Assembly (NCBI GenBank): GCA_014238615.1
Contig: JABAAT010000038.1
Coordinates: forward strand, 78,363 to 142,362
Length of the DNA stretch: 64,000 bases
Reading direction: 5' to 3'
Source: Gammaproteobacteria bacterium
GTDB taxonomy: Bacteria; Pseudomonadota; Gammaproteobacteria; Porifericomitales; Porifericomitaceae
Part shown: positions 58,083 to 64,000 of the stretch, one piece after another
Position numbering within the stretch: the stretch's first letter is position 1
Layout of the letters: each line of letters begins with the position of its first letter
The notes under the pieces: model-generated
What the model saw: the letters and a program-made list of their open reading frames with translations, nothing else
The model's database searches: none
What the model was told of the DNA's origin: nothing
Made by a program: the position numbers and the translations under genes

Positions 58083-59015
58083 CTATGAGCTCACCTCGGG
58101 GAGCGGCCCGGGATCGGTTTCAAGCCCGGCCAGGCGCAGGAAATCCTGGGCCAGGGGCTTCGGCAGGCCAGCGGAGTTCGGCGGCAGGTAAACTCCGTAA
58201 GTGGATTCCGGCGCCGGGCGGATGGGGACACACGCCAACCGCGCGTCTCCGTCCGGGCAATAGTTATCCACAACGGCCACACCCAGGCCCTCCGCCACAC
58301 AAGCCGGCAAAGCGGCGGCCGCACCGATACGCAGATGGACGAGCGTCCGGACGCCGCGCTCCTCCAGCAGGGGGCGCAGACGCTCCCAAGGTGGATGTCG
58401 GCGCAGCGGCAAGATCAGCCGGCAGGCGGCAAGCTCTTCCGGGGCAAGCACGGCACGGGGCGCCAGCGGGTGCGCGGCAGGCACCAGTAACCGCAACCCG
58501 GCTGGCGGTAACGGCAGGAAGCGCAGTCCCGGCGGCCGCACAACCAGGCTCCCGGCATACAAGTCCAGGTTCCCGCTCATCAGGCGCCGCGTCGGCAATA
58601 GGGGCGAATCTTCCACCGTCACCTCGACCTCACCCTGATCCCACTCCAGGCCGCGCAGCAGGCGCGGCAACCAACCCGACAGTAATGGCTCGGCGGCTGC
58701 CAGGCGTAACCGCCTGTCCTGCTCCCGGCGCAGCAGCCGCAACTTTTCGGGCAGGCCCTCCACCTGGTACAGCAGGGGCAGTGCCAGCTTAAGCAACGCC
58801 CGGCCGGGCGGCTGCAATTGCAGGCGCGGCCCGCGCCGAACGAACAAGCGGCAATCCAGATCCCCCTCCAGCTCCTTGATGAGCATGGATACCGCGGGCT
58901 GACTGAGGTTCAAACGCGCCGCGGCGGCGGACATGCTACCGCTGACCCCGGTTTGGCAAAAAGCCGCCAGTTGCCGCAGACGGTTGCGACGCAGATACCA
59001 GTCCTGTTCCATACT
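58083..59015 (-). CDS. LysR-family transcriptional regulator (divergent from aceA)
   Basis: N-terminal HTH LRQLAAFCQTGVSGSMSAAAARLNLSQPAVSMLIKELE plus a LysR substrate-binding domain. Start taken at MEQDWYL. Confidence 0.75.
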   Translation of the reverse strand, partial: SMEQDWYLRRNRLRQLAAFCQTGVSGSMSAAAARLNLSQPAVSMLIKELEGDLDCRLFVRRGPRLQLQPPGRALLKLALPLLYQVEGLPEKLRLLRREQDRRLRLAAAEPLLSGWLPRLLRGLEWDQGEVEVTVEDSPLLPTRRLMSGNLDLYAGSLVVRPPGLRFLPLPPAGLRLLVPAAHPLAPRAVLAPEELAACRLILPLRRHPPWERLRPLLEERGVRTLVHLRIGAAAALPACVAEGLGVAVVDNYCPDGDARLACVPIRPAPESTYGVYLPPNSAGLPKPLAQDFLRLAGLETDPGPLPEVSS

Positions 59016-59477
59016 CAAGCCTGCACCAGGAAACCTGCTGGCGCGCACGCCGCCCAAGGCAGGAAAACGGGCGGGGGAAACGGGCGGGGGAAACGGTCTT
59101 TCCCGCGTGGAAGTTTCTGGATACCAGTCATTATACAATATTCTAATATAAAAGATAAGCATATACGGCTATTGCAAAATGTTGCGCTGCATCGTAAATT
59201 ACTTACCGGGTGACCCCGATGGGGGCAAAGTCCAGCCGACAGGCCGACAGGCCTAGACCAGGCACGGTGCCTCATCCCACTCCAGCCAGGTGTCTATGCA
59301 GACGGCACCCCGGCGTTTTTTGAAGCGGGTTCGCGCAGGGCAGCGCGAGCGGAACCCGGGTAAACCACCGGGATCCATCAGACCGTTTCCCAGCTATTTT
59401 CCAGGGCTGTTTCCAAGCCGTTTTGCAGGGTGACCAAGGTCCACCTGCTTGACCGACTTTAGGGAGGAACAAAATCT

Positions 59478-60797
59478 ATGGCGATCAACTTAGAAGAAGA
59501 CGCGCGACAGCTCCAGCAGGACTGGAATACGAATCCCCGCTGGCAGGGAGTCCAACGCCCATACAGCGCCACCGACGTTCTCCGCCTGCGGGGAACGATC
59601 CAGGTGGAACACAGCCTGGCCCGCCAAGGTTCGGAAAAACTCTGGGGGAAGCTGACTCAATGCGGGGAAACAGACTTCATCTCGGCACTTGGCGCTCTTT
59701 CCGGCAACCAGGCCGTACAACAGGTCAAAGCCGGCCTGCCCGCCATCTACCTGAGCGGATGGCAGGTCGCCGGTGACGCCAACCTCGCCATGGAGACTTA
59801 CCCCGACCAGTCACTCTATCCCGCGAACAGCGCCCCCCTCCTGGTGCGGCGTATCAATAACGCGTTGCAGCGCGCCGACCAGATTCACCACTTGGAAGAC
59901 GACCACAGCGTGGACTGGGCAGCTCCTATCGTGGCCGACGCCGAGGCTGGTTTCGGCGGCGTGTTGAACGCCTACGAGATCATGAAGCACTTTATCGAGG
60001 CCGGCGCTTCCGGCGTGCATTTTGAGGACCAGTTGGCGGCTGCCAAAAAATGCGGCCACATGGGCGGCAAGGTGCTGGTTCCCACCCAGGAGGCCGTCAA
60101 CAAGCTGATCGCCGCCCGGCTTGCAAGCGATGTGCTCGGCACACCCACCCTGCTGGTGGCCCGCACCGACGCCTTGGGTGCCGCGCTGCTCACCTCCGAA
60201 TGCGACGAGCGGGACCGTCCCTTCATCACCGGCGAACGCAGCGTGGAAGGCTTCTTCATCACCCGCGCCGGCTTTGACCAAGCGATCGCGCGCGCCCTGG
60301 AATACGCCAGGTACGCCGACCTGTTGTGGTGCGAGACAGCCATCCCCGACCTGGGCTTCGCGCGCCGTTTCGCGGAGACGATCCAGCGTCAATTCCCAGA
60401 CCAAATGCTGGCTTACAACTGCTCACCCTCCTTCAACTGGAAAAAGCATCTGGATCGTGCCACGGTTGACAAGTTTCAGCATGAACTGGCCGCCATGGGC
60501 TACAAATTCCAGTTCATTACCTTGGCTGGCTTCCACACTCTAAATTACTCCATGTTCGAGTTGGCCAGGAACTACCAGAAGCATCATATGGCCGCCTACA
60601 TGGACTTCCAGGAAAGCGAATTTGCCGCCGAGGTGCACGGCTACACGGCCACCCGCCACCAACGCGAGGTCGGTGCCGGCTATTTCGACGCCGTGACCAC
60701 GGTGGTGACCGGCGGTCAATCCTCGGTCACCGCCTTAGACGGCTCCACCGAAGAAGCCCAGTTTGAGGAACACCCCGGTCTGCGCGCGGCGCGCTGA
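59478..60797 (+). CDS. aceA: Isocitrate lyase
   Basis: ...[13 protein letters not shown]... catalytic motif (K-K-C-G-H) and full-length 439-aa ICL. Confidence 0.9.
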   Translation: MAINLEEDARQLQQDWNTNPRWQGVQRPYSATDVLRLRGTIQVEHSLARQGSEKLWGKLTQCGETDFISALGALSGNQAVQQVKAGLPAIYLSGWQVAGDANLAMETYPDQSLYPANSAPLLVRRINNALQRADQIHHLEDDHSVDWAAPIVADAEAGFGGVLNAYEIMKHFIEAGASGVHFEDQLAAAKKCGHMGGKVLVPTQEAVNKLIAARLASDVLGTPTLLVARTDALGAALLTSECDERDRPFITGERSVEGFFITRAGFDQAIARALEYARYADLLWCETAIPDLGFARRFAETIQRQFPDQMLAYNCSPSFNWKKHLDRATVDKFQHELAAMGYKFQFITLAGFHTLNYSMFELARNYQKHHMAAYMDFQESEFAAEVHGYTATRHQREVGAGYFDAVTTVVTGGQSSVTALDGSTEEAQFEEHPGLRAAR

Positions 60798-60829
60798 TCA
60801 AGCGTCGCGCGGGCACCCGGCTACCCGGT

Positions 60830-61294
60830 TCAGGTCTTCGGAGCAGCCTCCGGAGGCCGGGACCGCAACCAGAAAGTCACCGGGCCGTCATTGACCAGTT
60901 CCAGGCGCATATCCTTCCCGAAGCTTCCGGAGGCGGTATGCGGATGGCGTTCCGCGGCGCGACGCAGCAGGTACTCAAAAAGGAGCCGGCCTGTCCCGGG
61001 CGCCGCGGCCGACGTGAAGCTCGGGCGGGCGCCCTTCCGGGTGTCGGCCACCAGGGTGAATTGCGGCACCAGCAGCAAACTGCCGTCCACTTCACACAGG
61101 CTGCGCTCCATGCGCCCCTCGGCATCGGCAAACACCCGGTAGCTCAACAGGCGTTCCAAGAGCCTTTCAGCCTGCGCCTCGCCATCGCCCCGCTCCACTC
61201 CAATCAGCACCACCAGGCCACACCCGATGGAACCCAGCACCACACCCCCCGCGCGCACCTCGGCACGCGTCACCCGCTGCATCAGTCCGATCAT
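60830..61294 (-). CDS. dtd: D-aminoacyl-tRNA deacylase
   Basis: MIGLMQRVTRAEV...LVVLIGVERGD...NDGPVTFWL (SQFTL-like and NDGPVT motifs). Confidence 0.85.
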   Translation of the reverse strand: MIGLMQRVTRAEVRAGGVVLGSIGCGLVVLIGVERGDGEAQAERLLERLLSYRVFADAEGRMERSLCEVDGSLLLVPQFTLVADTRKGARPSFTSAAAPGTGRLLFEYLLRRAAERHPHTASGSFGKDMRLELVNDGPVTFWLRSRPPEAAPKT

Positions 61295-61342
61295 CGGCGC
61301 CCCGCCGCCGCTCAGAGGCGGCGCAGCCGCTCAGACCACCTC

Positions 61343-62023
61343 TCAGGCCACTTCACGCACGCCCCGGCTCCCGGCGACCAGCAACAAATCAGCCGGACAA
61401 CTCACGAACAGACCGTGACCGACCACCCCCGGCAGCCGGTTCAAACGCTCTTCCAGTTCCAGCAGGGAGCGGCCGGCGCAGCCATGCAAGTCCAGGATCG
61501 GGTGACCGTTGTCGGAGAGAAAATCGCGGCGCCATTCGGGCCGCAGGCCCCAACCCGTAAAGCGCCGGGCCGCCAGGCCGCGGGCCAGCGGCAATACTTC
61601 CACCGGCAGGGGCCGACGCAGGGCCAGCGCCTCCACGAGCTTACCGTCATCCAGAATGCAGAGAAAGCGATCCGCAGCCTCGGCCAGGATCTTCTCACGC
61701 ACCATCGCGCCTCCGCCGCCCTTCAACAGATGCTTGTGCGGATTGGCCTCATCGGCACCGTCTATGTACAAAGGCAACCGATCGACCTGGTTCAGCTCCA
61801 GCACCTCGATACCCAAGGCGCACAGGCGCCGCTCGCTGTTCAGGGATGCCGCGACCACGCCACGCAGGCGGCCGCGTACACTCCCCAGGGCCTGGATCAG
61901 GCAATCCACCGTGCTGCCGCTGCCCACGCCCAGCACACCGTCAAACGGAAGGTGACTAAGCGCGGCCTCGGCCACCCGCTGTTTCTTTTCTTCCTGTGTC
62001 ATGCAAGAGCCGACGCGCCGCAC
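61343..62023 (-). CDS. rpiA: Ribose-5-phosphate isomerase A
   Basis: LGVGSGSTV...YIDGADE...KGGGGA motifs. Confidence 0.8.
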   Translation of the reverse strand: MRRVGSCMTQEEKKQRVAEAALSHLPFDGVLGVGSGSTVDCLIQALGSVRGRLRGVVAASLNSERRLCALGIEVLELNQVDRLPLYIDGADEANPHKHLLKGGGGAMVREKILAEAADRFLCILDDGKLVEALALRRPLPVEVLPLARGLAARRFTGWGLRPEWRRDFLSDNGHPILDLHGCAGRSLLELEERLNRLPGVVGHGLFVSCPADLLLVAGSRGVREVA

Positions 62024-62177
62024 AAACGGGACGCCGCCAGCCTCCCGGATTTTACTATAGACGATCCCAGGGTCTTACCACGCGGCGTTTCCCACGGGCC
62101 GACCCGGGGCCGGGAACACCCAATGCCCCGGCCGCACCGGGGGGGAAACGGCACCACCCCGCTTCCCGGGCAACCCT

Positions 62178-63552
62178 CTTGAAGAAGCAGGAAAACTCGA
62201 AGCTGCATTGCCCGCACTGCCGGGCCCTCCTATGGGCGAACAAAGAGTTGCTGACCGTTCGCCAAGTGCGCTGCGGCCGTTGCCACAAAGTCTTTGACCC
62301 ACTACAGCAGCTGACAACGGCTTCCCCCGCCGCGCCCGCTCCGCCCCCGGACACGGTGGCGCGGGTCATCCCGAACGACGCACAAAGAGCGGAAACAGGT
62401 CGAGACTGCTCCGGGGAAGAGGGCCTATGGGCCGAGAACAACGCGCCCACCGCGCGCGACGCTCCCCAGGCGCTGAGTCCCGCACTGGAATTCCTGGTCG
62501 GGAAATTGCAATCCCGCGTCTCGAACATAATGCAGAATTCCACGCGGCCCGACCGGGACAGCCACACCTCCGGCGGTCACGCACCGGCGGAGCACGCCCC
62601 CGGCGTGGGCAGCCCTCCCTCGACGCGCGATGACTCCGGGGCGCCGGAAATCCCGTTCTCCACTCCGGACACGGGCCTGGAACAGCCCATGCTGTCGGCT
62701 GCTCCCAATGCCGCAACCGCCGGCGACACCATGTTCACCGCTATCCCCACACGCGCTTCGCCCGGCGCGGACGCCCCGTCCTCCGCCCCCCGGGAGGACG
62801 CGGCCTGGGAGGATCGCTCGCCGCCCCAGGGCGTGGGCCCCTCCCCACACCCGCCCAAGGCTTCGTCCACCGCCACCATTACACTCGCACCGTCCGTGGC
62901 AAACATCGTCCGAGGCTACTCACCCACACATCAGGACGCCGCGCCCGAGACTACCGCAACCATCGAAGCTCCGGCCGCTGCTCCAGGAGACCCGGCACCG
63001 CCCCGCGCCGCACCGCATGGAAAAACGGAGCTTCCCGATATTCCCATCGCCCTGTTGGAAGAGCTGGAGGCCCCGGCGCCATCCCGGCGCTTCGCCTGGA
63101 CCTTGCTCTGCTTCCTGCTGCTACCCGCCCTGCTGCTGCAAATCGCCTGGTTCAATCGCAACATCCTGGCGGCCAGAGTGCCGGGCGCGCCGGTCTGGCT
63201 GAGAAGCCTGTGCCGCGAAATAGACTGTCAACCGCTGCGCGAGGATTTCCTGGACAAGCTGCGCATACTGCAGCGTGATGTACGCAACCACCCCTTCCGG
63301 GCCGATATCCTGCTGGTCAACATCCTTTTCCGCAGCGACGCGACAGGCAGCATCCGCTACCCCGCCCTGCGCCTGGTGCTGCGTGACGAGGCTGACCGGC
63401 CACTCCACGTTTACGATCGTACGCCCGGCGCATACCTCGGCGATCCGATCTGGGATGAAGCCGGGCTACGGCCGGGACACCCGGTGCACGTTCTGCTGGA
63501 ACTGCCCGCCCCGAAGCAGGATATCCTGAACTACGAACTGTCCTTCCTTTGA
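62178..63552 (+). CDS. Zinc-ribbon (MJ0042-type) plus DUF3426 membrane protein with a long Pro/Ala-rich linker; start uncertain
   Basis: CPHCRALLW...RCGRCHKVFDP zinc ribbon, proline-rich low-complexity region, TM helix (FAWTLLCFLLLPALLLQIAWF), C-terminal DUF3426-like domain. The ORF-track start (61996) overlaps rpiA, so a TTG near 62178 is more plausible. Confidence 0.55.
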
Positions 63553-63577
63553 ACGGCACGCACGGGAGCCGTCCCAA

Positions 63578-63921
63578 ACACGGGAGCTAGCCGTTACGTT
63601 AAGTGTTGATGGCCTGGAATCCAAGCCGCCAAGTGTTTTTCACTACCAACGGAGGTTAAAATGATGCGAATCTGGAATAGATCCAGCCAAGATGAAGAGC
63701 GGGGGCGGTTGGAGCGGGAACTACGGTGGCTACTCGATAAGATGAGGGAGAAATCCAAACTGTTGAGACAAAAGGCCGCGAACTTGAAGGCCTTCTTGGA
63801 CAGGTAGGCAACCAAGGGCTCCACCAAGCGCGGCGGAGAGCAGCAGAGTGCCGACCCCAACCCCTGAAACCGGCTGTTGCAAAAAAGCATCAACACTTAA
63901 CGTAACGGCTAGACACGGGAG
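63578..63921. mobile_element. Miniature inverted-repeat transposable element (non-autonomous): 25-bp perfect terminal inverted repeats, 9-bp flanking direct duplication, ~50% GC interior
   Basis: Left inverted repeat 63587-63611 (ctagccgttacgttaagtgttgatg); right inverted repeat 63888-63912 is its exact reverse complement. The 9-mer acacgggag occurs at 63578-63586 and 63913-63921, directly abutting the inverted repeats. No transposase inside. Confidence 0.55.
63661..63807 (+). CDS. Small ORF (48 aa, predicted helical/coiled-coil) inside the miniature element
   Basis: GGAGGT RBS 7 nt upstream of the ATGATG. Translation MMRIWNRSSQDEERGRLERELRWLLDKMREKSKLLRQKAANLKAFLDR*. Below the ORF-track length cutoff. 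Confidence 0.35.
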   Translation: MMRIWNRSSQDEERGRLERELRWLLDKMREKSKLLRQKAANLKAFLDR

Positions 63922-63930
63922 CAACACAAC

Positions 63931-64000
63931 TTGAAATCCCAGGAAACGGAAACTGAAGTCGTCATCATCGGCGCCGGACCCTGCGGGCTGTTCCAGGTCT
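63931..64000 (+). CDS. FAD/NAD(P)-binding oxidoreductase (thioredoxin-reductase/ferredoxin-NADP-reductase-like), N-terminal fragment running off the window end
   Basis: TTG AAA TCC CAG GAA ACG GAA ACT GAA GTC GTC ATC ATC GGC GCC GGA CCC TGC GGG CTG, reading ...VVIIGAGPCGL (GxGxxG Rossmann start). Confidence 0.35.
   Translation, partial: MKSQETETEVVIIGAGPCGLFQV

Noticed and set aside
60938-62182. 414-aa plus-strand ORF spanning dtd and rpiA
   Set aside because: Antisense to two confidently identified housekeeping genes. Composition is dominated by Arg/Pro/Ala/Gln with no motifs.
63594-63896. 100-aa minus-strand ORF inside the miniature element
   Set aside because: It spans almost the entire element including part of one terminal repeat. 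It starts with GTG and has no RBS, and is Ser/Leu-rich low complexity. The plus-strand 48-aa ORF with a strong RBS is the more credible reading.

Overview
High-GC (~65%) proteobacterial chromosomal window. Gene order around dprA-tsaP-def-fmt / ntrYX / trkAH is gamma/beta-proteobacterial. About 40 kb forms a methylated-amine catabolic island.

Minus strand, 3031->1 region and 23009->2933:
- An HAAT(Liv/Urt)-type ABC transporter whose Tat-signal binding protein is interrupted by an in-frame TAG.
- A two-component flavin monooxygenase pair (ACAD-fold oxygenase + flavin reductase) flanking a collapsed tdm paralog.
- A glycine-betaine/TMAO-type ABC transporter (TmoXWV-like) followed by a DUF1989-GcvT fusion (TMAO demethylase Tdm-like).
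- A heterotetrameric sarcosine-oxidase-like operon in mgdABCD order (N-methylglutamate dehydrogenase-like).

Elsewhere in the island:
- Further along the minus strand, two paralogous Gcw_chp/TorF-type porins interleaved with mosaic pseudogene fragments of mgdA/mgdC.
- A PAS-GGDEF-EAL protein plus a NarL/NarX-type two-component pair.
- Divergently on plus, a SoxB-like FAD oxidoreductase, a GS-like (GmaS-like) gene, mgsABC (N-methylglutamate synthase-like), an Amt transporter and a small membrane protein.
- At the window start, a second GS-like gene (hand-translated, runs off the edge) divergent from a class-I GATase.

The rest is housekeeping: dprA, LysM/TsaP-like, def, fmt, DUF4390, ntrYX, trkAH, a methyltransferase, TPR, clpAS, LysR, aceA, dtd, rpiA and a zinc-ribbon/DUF3426 gene.

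Near the 3' end there is a 326-bp low-GC miniature inverted-repeat element (25-bp perfect terminal inverted repeats, 9-bp direct duplication, internal 48-aa ORF with a strong RBS), followed by the start of an FAD/NAD(P)-binding oxidoreductase. No tRNA, rRNA or CRISPR was detected.

Coordinates follow the supplied ORF track (stop included). At two line boundaries (~44880 and ~53580) the printed text and the ORF-track frame disagree by one base, so hand-derived coordinates carry about +/-1 nt uncertainty.
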